A stretch of 20,000 nucleotides of DNA from Rhizaria sp. SCN 62-66 (taxonomy: Eukaryota): positions 118,220 to 138,219 of the forward strand of contig MEDY01000066.1 of the NCBI GenBank assembly GCA_001724265.1, given 5' to 3'. The notes under the pieces were generated by a model, which saw only the letters and a list, made by a program, of their open reading frames with translations, ran no database searches and was not told the origin of the DNA. The translations under genes and the position numbers were made by a program. Shown here piece by piece: positions 10,068 to 20,000 of this stretch; positions within the stretch are counted from its first letter, which is position 1; each line of letters opens with the position of its first letter.

Positions 10068-13000
10068 TTACGTCCTCCGCAAGATATCTGCGACTGTCCT
10101 TCGCACAAAGCCAATCGTTGGCAACGCCGATGCGAGAACTGCAACTAAAATAGCAAGCCCAAACTGGAGGAAGTATAGCAAGAACGGGAATTCCATCTTA
10201 AACTTCACTTCAGTAAGCATATTGAACTGCATGGTTAGCGATACGGCAATGGCGATTCCGATGGTGGTGCCAAGGAAGATACAAGCAAGGACAATAGAAA
10301 GTGCTTCGTACACGTAAACCATCACGACTTGTTTTGCGCTGAGGCCAACGGCGCGGAGCACGCCAAACTCCCAGGCGTTTTCTTCCACATTCGCCGTGAA
10401 CGAGAGCCAGAGAATGAGGAAGCACAACAGCATAGCAATCACGCTGACGATGACAAAGAACAAACTGATAAGATCAAGTGCAAAACCCGTTGCATCAATA
10501 AGATTTTGCGTGTCTGTGACGGTCACGTCGTCACTTGCAAAAAAGGCGCGCAGTCCGGCAACCAAGTCCTCGCGCTGGCTGCTTGTCGCAGAGGACTTTA
10601 CGTTCAACATTAGCCGCATTTTGGGTGCCGTGCTAAACGGCGTGCCATCGCTGCCGACAGCGTCGTTGAGAATACGTAAGTACTGGTCTTCGCGGATCAA
10701 CAAGGTGCGAGCACCTGACATAAGTGCATAGGAGGAAAATTCAAATCCGGGCACGTGCCGCGCCATGCCACGTATTTTGCTGACATAATTATGCTCGTTC
10801 TTGTAGAGGCCTGAGCTGAGATAAACAGAGGCAACGTTGATCTTTGCAGCAGTCTCAATGCCAATAGAACTGCTTGTCCGAAGTCCTTCACTGCAGACAG
10901 CATCAATATAAGCACCATACGTTGATTTAATTGCAGTGTTGCGCTGCGTTTTGGCCCTCGCAAGCCGCGTTGTGTGGACATCTGTCACAGAAAGATCGCT
11001 AAGTCCCGTAGAGAATGATGTGGGCATTGGGGCGCCGAGGCGCTCAATGGGCAGTTTGGCCTCGCCAGCCTGGGTAAAAATGCCCACAATGGCGGGGTCA
11101 CCACCTGTACTACGCTCAGCGTCATCGTAGTGTTCGCTATATATCGAGCTGTAAAACGATTTCTGAATACCATAAATGTCTTGACGCTGCCGTGGAACTC
11201 CAGCAAGATTGCTTAAACGAGTCCAATACACATTTGAAAGCTCGTTCAGCTGAAATGTTACAAACGAGTACGCCATTAGAATACCGTCATCAGCACCTGC
11301 CTTGGTCAACGCAACTTGCGTTTCCAAGAAGGGTGTCATTACACCTTCATCAAGAGCTTGTGCAACATTAGGCGCTGTGATTACAATTGGCGCTCCAAAA
11401 GCAATTTTCATATTATCAGCAAACGCATTGCCTATTAGCACAAGCACAACGCCGGCAAAGATGATAAACGCGAGCGCAATGGTGAACATTTGCGCCGTCT
11501 TAGCGTTGCGCGGGCGATGCGCAGAAAGCGACTTGGCGACGAGCGCGTTGAGATTCCCATGAAAGGGCCGCATAATAACCCAGAGAATACCACGCTCAAG
11601 AAATGGCTGCACAAGTTGTGCAAGGATTACACAGCCAAGCAGCATTGTGAGCAGAATAGCCATCATCAAACCGAGAAACATGGGCATGTTATCGTTGAGA
11701 AACGACAGCGGGACAAGATAAAACGCCAAGAATCCAACTGACACGAGCAACAGCGCAATCGCCGTCTGCCATGGGCTAAACCCCATGTCCGCGAGACGCA
11801 CCAAGGACACGGTAACATCGCTGACAACATGGTGGTACACATCAAGCGAGTCACGCAGCGTCTTTGACAGTGCACGCATGATGGGCACTGTGCTAGCAAT
11901 CAGCGGCATAACTACCCCGACGACAGTGGCAACAATCGCAGCTGTCCCAGACACGCTGTAGTGGGCGGACACGTCTGAAATGCCTGTGATCATGTCTGTG
12001 ACAGGGATGGACACAAGAAACGCAACAAAAAGACCAATGCCAACTCCAAAAATGGAGAACAGTAGTGATTTGGTAAACAGAATCTGTAGCAAGTTGCTCT
12101 TGCGCATGCCAAGTGCGCGTAACATCCCGTACTCGTAAGTTTTTGTCTCAACGTCATTAAGGAGAAGAGAGAACACCAACAAGGTACTTAGAAATACAAT
12201 CAGCGCAATTACTGCGTTAAAAACGCTGTCGAGAAAGTAGCGAATGTTCAAGGTCGCAAGCATGACCTCGAGCAACGGCAGCAGAAAGCGTGCAGGGTAC
12301 ATTACACCAATGCGCTGTGAAATCGTGTTTGTAAACTCCAAAAACGCGCGTGTGAGCTCAAGCGAATCCTTTAAGTACGTTGTTTGACGCCCCGTCATTT
12401 GCACCGCAGTTGTGGGCACAACTCCAGAGGTGGAGAACTTGTCGATCTGTGACATAGCAACCCCAATCTGCGTGGAAACAAACTCCTCAGACACGCCTGC
12501 CAAGGACATAAGCTGTTTCACCGAGAGACGCATTGTGGTCGGGGGCACTGTTACTGGTAGCTTCGGGACGCGCAGAAGGTCACCAGATCCAACTTTCAAA
12601 TCAGTGTTGTTCACAAAAAGCGACAGGTCAGCACTGCCGACAGAAGAGACAATGTCAAACGTGTTGTTCAACGCGCTTTTCATTGTCCTCTTGATTGGAA
12701 TAAACATGTCTGAACTCTCAAGAATTGCAACAGCAGCAAAATTCTCCGCAAACTTTCCTTCAGGCGAGTCCAGCACAGCGCCCACAGTCACCGGTTCCAG
12801 CACGCGTGCAGCGCCAAGAATCACAGGCAGTGCAAAGGTCACGAGCGCACCTTGTGTGGTCGCACTGGGGCCTGAGGTAGCAATGGCGGCAGAAAACGAG
12901 CTGTCTGTGGCTGCTGTATCAACGCTCCATGTTCCTGTAATGCTATTTTTAGAAAAGGGAAAAGAAACAGCAATGTCAGAGTCGGGGAACAGTGGCGGCA

Positions 13001-15647
13001 AAGGGTTTTGAAGCGTAATTGAGCCTCCAGTTGCATAGTTGACGGAAAACGGCGCAGGCATCGCGGTCGAAAAGACATCATTAAGCTGCCGCAAAGTCAT
13101 CGAAAGCGTAAATGAGTCTGTCGCTCCGAGTGCGGCAGCCGTATCCGGCGACTGCTGCTCCCACTAAGTAACCGTAAAGCCAGCTGCATCTTCAATACCG
13201 AGTGTTTGCGAAAGCGAAAACCCATCTGGTACAATACCATTGTTAAACACGGGTGTTGAGTACACCTTTGCCCAATCAATTGTTGGCAAAACTCGTGACA
13301 GCAGATTTTGCGATTGATCATCAGTAAGATTCTCCCAGTCAACACTATTGCTGCCAGAAAGCTGGTTGATTAGCCGCATAGAATCCAAGGCCAGGATCAC
13401 TTGAGCTCCAACGGCAGTCGCCGGGTCAACACCCGGCGGACCTGCCAGCTGCAGTTGCTTTACAATAGCACGCGAGAGATAGATCTCACCGGCAGGCACT
13501 GGTGGACGGTTCCATTTGCGTCCCAGCTCGAGCTCGGTCTCGCGCGTGCTGTTGATGCCGAGCACGACCACGTTTGCGGTCTCCAGCGGCGACAAGCTGG
13601 AGTTTTTCTCGCGCTTGATTTGACCCAGCAGCAGCCAGCGGCCCGTAGAACCGCGAATGCCGGGCACAGAGTCGGTGCCGAGCGCTCGGGTGAAGAGATT
13701 CTGGTCGAGCAGCGGCGTCGGCTTTGGGAACCTGACCACTGACTCGGCGACCCCGGCGCCGGGATACGCGATCAAGTCACTCTCCCCAATTTGAATCTCG
13801 GAGAACCGGAGAAAAATGAGTGGAGACTGGCCGACAGCGTTAATAAGAGTCGCAATGAAGACCACAACAACGAAGACGACGAACCAGCCCAGCGCGTAGG
13901 ACCGCGGCTGACGGCTGATTTCGCTGCGCAGGTAAAGCAAAGACGCGACTTGCTGGCGCCACAAGCGGGCGAGGGTGCGGCCGCAGCTGGCAAAGCAGCC
14001 CTGGTGACTGCCAGTGGGGTCGTGCTCATCGTCATCGCTGTCATTGTCGTTGTTCTTGTTCCGGTTGACGTGGTAGGTCTTCGTTTGGGCGCTGGTGTAC
14101 AAGCTGACGCTCTTCTTGCTGGGGACTGTGTTGACGACTGTAATTGTGGTTGTTTGACGCAACCTGGGCGAAACGCACTTTGGCTTAATAGTCTTATTCG
14201 TAATTGTACTCGCTGTAATGTTGAATCTACAGTTGTCATCATCATCGTCATCATCATCATCAGCCACGTTCACCATCAGTGTCGAGAAATCTCCGTGCTC
14301 ACCCGTCACAGCTACTGACGGACAAGCAGCGTTGTCATCATTACTGCTGGCGCCAGTGGTCCCCTCATTAGTCCTAGCCCTGCTACTCATAATCTTGGTT
14401 TTGGTACCGTTGCGCAAAATGCGACGCTTCAGTTTGTTTGTCTTTGGAGGGTTCTGGGGATCGCTACTCGCATCAACGTCATTCGCGCTTTCATTGAAAT
14501 TGATCGATTGGGCGACACTTGCAAGCTGTTGCTGCTGAGGTTGCTCTTGCGGTGGCTACTGTCCGCGCTCCAGTGTAGCCAGCCTCGGCTGTGTCTGTTG
14601 GTCTGCCAACCGCATTGCTCCCAACTGGCCACTAGTGCTGCCGTTGACTCTGGGGCTGGCGGTACTCGCTGAGAGACCAAGCCAGGCGCGCAGTGCAGGG
14701 TCTGCATTAGCACTCGCCATGGCTGCTGCAGCCACCGCTGTCGCAGCAGAAACAGTAGGCACGGTTGGAGGAGCTGATGCGGATGAGGCAATGATGTGCA
14801 TATTCACTTGAGAGAACGTGGGAACGATTGGGGCAGTGGCCGCCGTGAGAGACGCTTCATTCCGAGTGGCACCCATGTTTGTTGTCGCAGTTGTTTCTGC
14901 TGCGGCAGCCATACTCATATTGTTGTCACCAGTGTTTGGAGCTTGAGTGCTTGTGCTTGTGTCACTATTTCTTTTGCTGCCGGGCCACACGATAACTCGG
15001 TGCTTCTTCGTGATCGTCGACCTAGTGTCAGGAACTGCTGTGGCCTCAGAGGATGCAGGCTGTGCAGGTACAGGCGCAGCTGTAGCATTGTCGCGCGCCG
15101 GACTCGATGACGTCGTGGCAGCTGTGATGGTGGACGCTTTGTCACAAGCGTCGACAGATGGCTGGCCCCTAGCAGCCGCAGCGGTGGCAGCGGCTGCGGC
15201 TGCGGCAGCAGCGGCAGCAGGCCTGGTCACCTTGATCTTCCTCCTATTCGGGCGAGTGATCATCGCCGTGGTGGCGGAGGGCGTGGCGTCGTCCGTCCGA
15301 GGTCGGTGACCGAGAGGGGGCGCCGCCATCGCTGGAGCGGGGACCTCGGGAGTTGCGGGTACAGGCGGTGGGACATTGACTGTAAGCAGCGCTGCTGTAC
15401 GGACATTTGCGGTTGCGCGGGCAGTAGTGGCATCTGTAGCCAAGACAGGAGCGGTTGCGGATTGTGGAGATCTGGATGTCTGAGTGGGATGCGGTGGAGA
15501 ACGGCCGCCGCGTCCAGTACTGCTCATGCCTGAGCTAGACTGAAAAGTGCTAGTAAGGCGCTGTGAATCCAAAGGCAGACCAACCCGTAGGGCACGATAA
15601 AGGTTGAAAAGACTACGAAAGTTATGATAAGAGAAGCGTGGTGACAT
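10068..15647 (-). CDS. Large FtsX/MacB-type ABC permease with two FtsX domains and a long disordered N-terminus; one frame of 1859 aa (1819 aa from ATG 15527) containing two in-frame TAG codons
   Basis: ORFs 14556-15647, 13164-14417 and 10068-13100 share a frame, and the gaps between them (138 nt and 63 nt) translate without stops. N-terminal TM/MacB-like segment YLRSEISRQPRSYALGWFVVFVVVVF...QSPLIFLRFSEIQIGESDL; FtsX motifs ETKTYEYGMLRALGMRK and EENAWEFGVLRAVGLSAKQV...YEAL. Ends ILRRT-TAA-TGA. Start codon uncertain. Confidence 0.8.
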
Positions 15648-16720
15648 ATGGTGGTGAGCGGAGTGGATTGGAGTGAGAAGCGTCAGTTAGAAAGGCAATC
15701 GACGTGGTCTTATTGAGACCTCACACCCAGCCATCAAAAAGCATAATGGAGTCAATTGAGCAAATATATTCATAGTTAAACTCACGCTTGTTCAAAAATA
15801 TCAAATTAAAATCATCAAACATGCGCGGTGTTTGTCACTATGTTCACTACTCTTCACTGCGCATTCGGCCCCTACCTTGTTGTCGACTAGGCGAAAAGTT
15901 TCCTGGATTGGAACGTCAAACTCGCTGTTGACCGAGACACGTTACGCAATGAGGCACAATCAGTTGTTACGTTTTTTGACTGAAATTTCGTTTTCACAAT
16001 ATACATACAGATTTTTCAATGATAACAAAATTTTATATTGTCAATACGTTGTTTCAGTCCTAAAACCTGGGAAATTCGTCAACCCAGTAATGGTTGCGCT
16101 GATGTGCAACATGTGCGCTTGAGGAACAATGGGGTCATCCAAAGCTTTTTGACTGACATTATCTGCTATTTAAGTTTATCGTGTGTTTGTAATATCTACC
16201 GACAACTTGTCGTCGACTGATAGTGATAGGCATTTTATTTCTGCAGCAGGCTTCTATGTGATGATCACGTCAAGTGACGCACGCTCGATGAAAACTCAGA
16301 GCGATATCCGCACGTAACGCCAAGCTTTTTATTGATAATAATTAGAAGTAGAGCTTAATCACCATGAGACACGCAGGAAAATGTAATTGTTGCGATAGCT
16401 AGAAATATTTTCTGTCAGGTAGTTGTATTTGACGGTTTGGTCATGTTTGACCACAGTCACAACAGGCCACGGTCACCAATCCTGCCACACAACGAACGAA
16501 ACGGCTGCCGTCATCGTAGAAGCGACTATAGCACAATAAAGACACTCCTTCACGCATGCTTATTAAAACGCAGTAACTGTTAAAGCATTATTTTTATGAT
16601 ATAACTCCGGTATGCCTCTTTGACGGCCGTACGTCGGTATTAATCGCGAAACCGTTGGCTCACTTTCCCAACGCTCCTCACTGTCGCCCACACTCTCTTT
16701 AGCGCCCTCGCGTCGCTCCC
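15648..16720. promoter_or_regulatory. Divergent intergenic region (candidate bidirectional promoter and 5' UTRs) between the permease and the PIERCE-like gene
   Basis: AT-rich stretch of about 1.07 kb between head-to-head genes. Inferred from position only; no specific element identified. Confidence 0.4.
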
Positions 16721-18602
16721 ATGGAGGCCCAGTTCGCCGCCACGCAGCGCGCCGCACCGGCACCTGCCTCACAGGCGGCGTTCTCTGCAACGGTGCCCTC
16801 CCGCCCAGCTTTTGTCCCAGCCCCGGCCCCCGCGTCTCGCAACGCCGCCCCTGCCGCAGCCGTCTCCTCGTCGTCATCTTCCTCTGCCGCGGCCGCTGCT
16901 GCTGCTGTCGCCGCCCCTGGCTCCCGCAACTGCGCAGTCCAGCCTATGGCACACTTCCGCCGCGTCCCTGCGAACCCGATCGACCGCCTGCCGTCTGAGT
17001 CGCACCACATGCTCAGCAAGGACTTCGCCCACCGCTCCGCGCTCGCCACCGGCGTTTTCACGTCCGCGGCCCGCTCGAGCTTCCAGCCCGCCGCCGGCAG
17101 CGCCGCGCACGCCGTTGCCGCGCCCACCACCGCCGCGCCGCCGCTGGGCATTGACGCGAGCGTCCGCGCCGGCTTTATGGTGCCCGTCTCGGAGCACTAC
17201 GCGGCGCCCCCCGGCGAGGGCGGCGCCAAGTGGGACTTCCGCTCCCGCTCCTTCTCCGAGATCTCCCCGTTCCTGGTCCCGCGCACGACGAGCGAGACGG
17301 TGTGGCGCCGCAAGCCCGGAGCGCACCTGCCCGCGCTGCAGCCGACGCCGCACCACCCCGACCACGCGGGCGGACACCCCGCGCTGGCGCTGTCACAGTA
17401 CCGCAGCAACTACCCCACATCGTCGCACTCGTTCTCGCGCCAGGACGTGCTCATCGCACCGGAGGTCGCCGCTAGGCTCGCCGCCAACCGCCACGCCGCG
17501 CGCCGCGGGCTCCCCGGCGACTCCGCCGCCGCGTCCGCCGTGGCCGCCGCCGCCGCCTCTGGCTACGGCGACAGTCTTGGTGCCGACGGCGGCGAGACTG
17601 TTGCGACGCCCGCGCTCGTGGCCGGGCTGACGGGCACGAACCCGATGCTGATGCACCTGGACGACCCGCTTACCGGCCTCGGCCCCGGCGCCGGCACGGG
17701 CGTGCTGGGCGCCCCCTACGCCTCCTTCTCCGCCTCGCCCGCCGCCGCCGCCACGGCCGCCGCGCTCGCCGCCGCGGCCGCCGCGTCCAACTCCGTCTGG
17801 CGCTCCACGGCCGCGGCGTCGGCCAACAAGGGCGCGGCCACGGGCGCCAAGGTTGGCGCCGGAGAGGCGCTGGGCCTGCTGGGCGTCTCGCGCGGCCGTG
17901 ACCCCACCGACATCCCCACGGGCTACCGTGTCGTCGACCGCGCCGGCGCTCCGGTACGTAGTGAAACAGCCATACCTGTGACTATCGCAATAATATCTCA
18001 GGATAATCCAAAATATGTACTTTGTAGTATTATGTTATACTTCAATTTTATCGATTTTGTCACGATGTATATTCATCTATTCCCATGAATGTTGTCACTT
18101 TTTCTCTCATGTTCGCTTTCTTTAGTCGTACGAGAACGTGCGCGTGGCGACGCTGGACGTTCCTTTCACGTCCCAGGCGCTGGTGAAGCAGTACGCGGCC
18201 GAGATGGACAACAAGGAGGCCCGCTGGGCGCAGCAGAAGAGCGAGATGGCGCGCGTGCAGTACGACAACGTGCGCAACTCGACCGCCGCCGCGGCCGCCG
18301 CGGCCCCCGTCGCCGTGACGCGCTTCGGCGCCGCCGTCTCCGCGCGCGCGGGCAGCGGCAGCTTGGCGGAGGATGCCGCGGCTGCGGGTGTGGAGCCCGA
18401 GGCGGTGGCGATGACGTCGTCGTTCGAGACGGCGGACCTGGTGGCGCGCCACCGCTCGCTGCCGCGGCCGCCGCCGCCGCACCCCATGTACGAGACGACC
18501 AACATGAAGCTGGGGCGCAACGTCGACGACCCGATTGCCAAGCACTACGTGTATTTCCCCCAGGCGCGGGATTTCTCTAAGAGTCTCATGCTGCTTGATT
18601 GA
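16721..18602 (+). CDS. Ala-rich protein with C-terminal PIERCE1/2 (DUF4490)-like motif, candidate axonemal microtubule inner protein; 2 exons (16721-17953, 18126-18602), about 569 aa
   Basis: ORF 16721 joins the frame of ORF 18138-18602 via a phase-0 intron (RAGAP|SYENVR). The C-terminal HPMYETTNMKLG...VYFPQARDFSKSL resembles the PIERCE pattern as recalled (MYRTSN..YG.........(F/Y)P.S.KFS..L). Ends TGA. A possible upstream acceptor (ctctttAG at 16702) leaves the 5' end uncertain. Confidence 0.7.
17954..18125 (+). other. Spliceosomal intron (172 nt)
   Basis: CCG|GTACGT donor, abrupt AT-rich body, polypyrimidine tract gctttctttAG|TCG, and return to GC-rich codons in frame. Confidence 0.9.
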
Positions 18603-19192
18603 GATTGACAACAAGCGATAACGCAATACGAGTGGGCACGCATATCGTTTTTCGTGTCCTGTCATGTCAGTGCTGCTCGCTCATGTTGAGTCTTCAGACG
18701 CGTGGACTGGCGGACAATGGTGGCCGATATTGCAGTGTATTAGTGGGCTAATTGAATGAGGGCCAATTGCAGGTGTCAACTGCAAGTGCTACCGAAAGCA
18801 GACAAATCAATGCAGTTGCAATGACACTCATTTACTTACTTGACTTTTATCATACATATTAGGCTATCACATTTTATTTCGAGTTCTTTCTATGTAAGCC
18901 ACTCTCTGCTCTATCTGTTTCTGTCAGAATATACTCTGTTCCTCATGCTTATGCATTGTGTATGGTTGTTTTGATTCTGGTGTAATGTGCCTTGCTCTCG
19001 GCTTGTGGTTGTTGGGCGGGGTGGGCGCGCCGACGCGACAGAAAGCGAGATATGTAGTACGCGACAAGTCCGATGTTTTAGGATATCAACGAGTGTCGGC
19101 GGTAGCAAGTGTAAAAAGTTCAACCTCTATGTTTTTATAGCTCACAATTTTACGTTTTTGTGCACCAAAATGGATCTTTCCTGACAGATCCC

Positions 19193-20000
19193 ATGTTCCG
19201 CTCCACGCAGACTGCCGTGAAGGCTGTTACGGGCCCTATCTCTGCCCAGGTGCGTTTTTATTCTAAGCCACATCTTTTATCTTCTAAGTGTTGATTTTTA
19301 TTTTACTGTGTCACCGGCACACACCTGCTCTGCTTTATAATAACATCATGTACGATTGTTTTACTCACTGCTCGCTCCGTGCTTTGTGCTTCCGGCTCTT
19401 ACACAGATGCGCACTATGTCTGTGGCCCGTTCCGCGCTGCGCAAGGTCCTCTCCTCGCAGGTGAGTGACATGAAGACTGCTGGCACGTACAAGAGCGAGC
19501 TCGTCATCACCTCCGCCCAGAAGAGCGAGGTCACCATCAACCCCGACAACCGCCCCGTGTACAACTTCTGCGCCAACAACTACCTCGGCCTCTCCAATAA
19601 CGCCGAGCTCATCGCGGCCGCGCACAAGGGCCTCGACTCGCACGGCCTCGGCATGTCATCTGTGCGCTTTATCTGCGGCACGCAGGACATCCACAAGAAG
19701 CTGGAGGACACAATCAGCCGGTTCCACGGCACCGAGGACACGATCCTCTTCCCCTCCGCCTTCGACGCCAACGCGGGTATCTTCGAGGGCATTCTCACCG
19801 AGCAGGACGCCGTCATCAGCGACGAGCTCAACCACGCCTCGATTATCGACGGCATCCGCCTTTGCAAGGCGCAGCGCCACCGCTTCAAGCACATGGACCT
19901 GGCGGACCTGGAGGCGATCCTGCAGCGCACGCAGGACTGCCGCATGCGCCTCATCGCCACCGACGGCGTCTTCAGCATGGACGGCCACATCGCCGACCTC
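19193..20000 (+). CDS. GCAT: Glycine C-acetyltransferase (2-amino-3-ketobutyrate CoA ligase), probably mitochondrial, 3'-truncated; exons 19193-19249 and 19407->20000
   Basis: Not in the ORF track because it runs off the window. Translation MFRSTQTAVKAVTGPISAQ|MRTMSVARSALRK...GTYKSELVITSAQ...NFCANNYLGLS...GLGMSSVRFICGTQDIHKKLE...FDANAGIFE...ISDELNHASIIDGIRLCKA...IATDGVFSMDG has diagnostic Kbl/GCAT motifs. The basic, acid-free N-terminus resembles a mitochondrial presequence. Confidence 0.95.
19250..19406 (+). other. Spliceosomal intron of GCAT (157 nt)
   Basis: CAG|GTGCGT donor, T-rich body, TACTCAC branch-like motif near 19362, and ACACAG|ATG acceptor in phase 0. Confidence 0.85.

Noticed and set aside
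13101-13166. Pyrrolysine insertion or programmed readthrough at the TAGs
   Set aside because: Eukaryotic context, no pyl genes, no shared downstream motif and no UAG-CAR-YYA context at either site.
16700-16702. In-frame TAG seven codons upstream of ATG 16721 as another recoded codon
   Set aside because: It follows a CTCAC motif and a pyrimidine tract and looks like a splice acceptor or UTR sequence, so it is not counted as evidence.
18777-18818. Inverted repeat CAACTGCA...TGCAGTTG downstream of a TGA-ending gene (SECIS-like?)
   Set aside because: No clear SECIS core geometry, and the upstream protein is not a recognisable selenoprotein.
19458-19466. Perfect donor consensus CAG|GTGAGT inside GCAT exon 2
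   Set aside because: The frame continues (SQVSDMKTAGTYKSE) into conserved Kbl sequence with no AT-rich intron body.
19361-19990. Minus-strand ORFs 19365-19643, 19580-19990 and 19656-19988
   Set aside because: Antisense shadows of the plus-strand GCAT gene.

Overview
Gene-dense nuclear DNA from a flagellated eukaryotic microbe (protist): GC-rich, Ala/Ser-rich exons, short AT-rich spacers and GT-AG introns of about 140-400 nt. Seven protein genes are supported: a 5'-truncated low-complexity gene (+), a CRT-like transporter (-), a CID-domain protein (-), a short-type TPPP/p25-alpha (-), a large FtsX/MacB-type permease (-), a protein ending in a PIERCE/DUF4490-like motif (+) and a 3'-truncated glycine C-acetyltransferase (+). 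The main observation is that three minus-strand ORFs (14556-15647, 13164-14417, 10068-13100) form one 5.58-kb reading frame broken only by two in-frame TAG codons, one in a Gln-rich tract. The other genes end in TAA or TGA, and the only gene that seems to end in TAG has an in-frame TAA four codons later. This suggests a rare nuclear genetic code in which UAG is a sense codon (probably Gln) while UAA and UGA remain stops. Nonsense mutations in a decaying allele, or unrecognised introns, cannot be excluded from this window alone.
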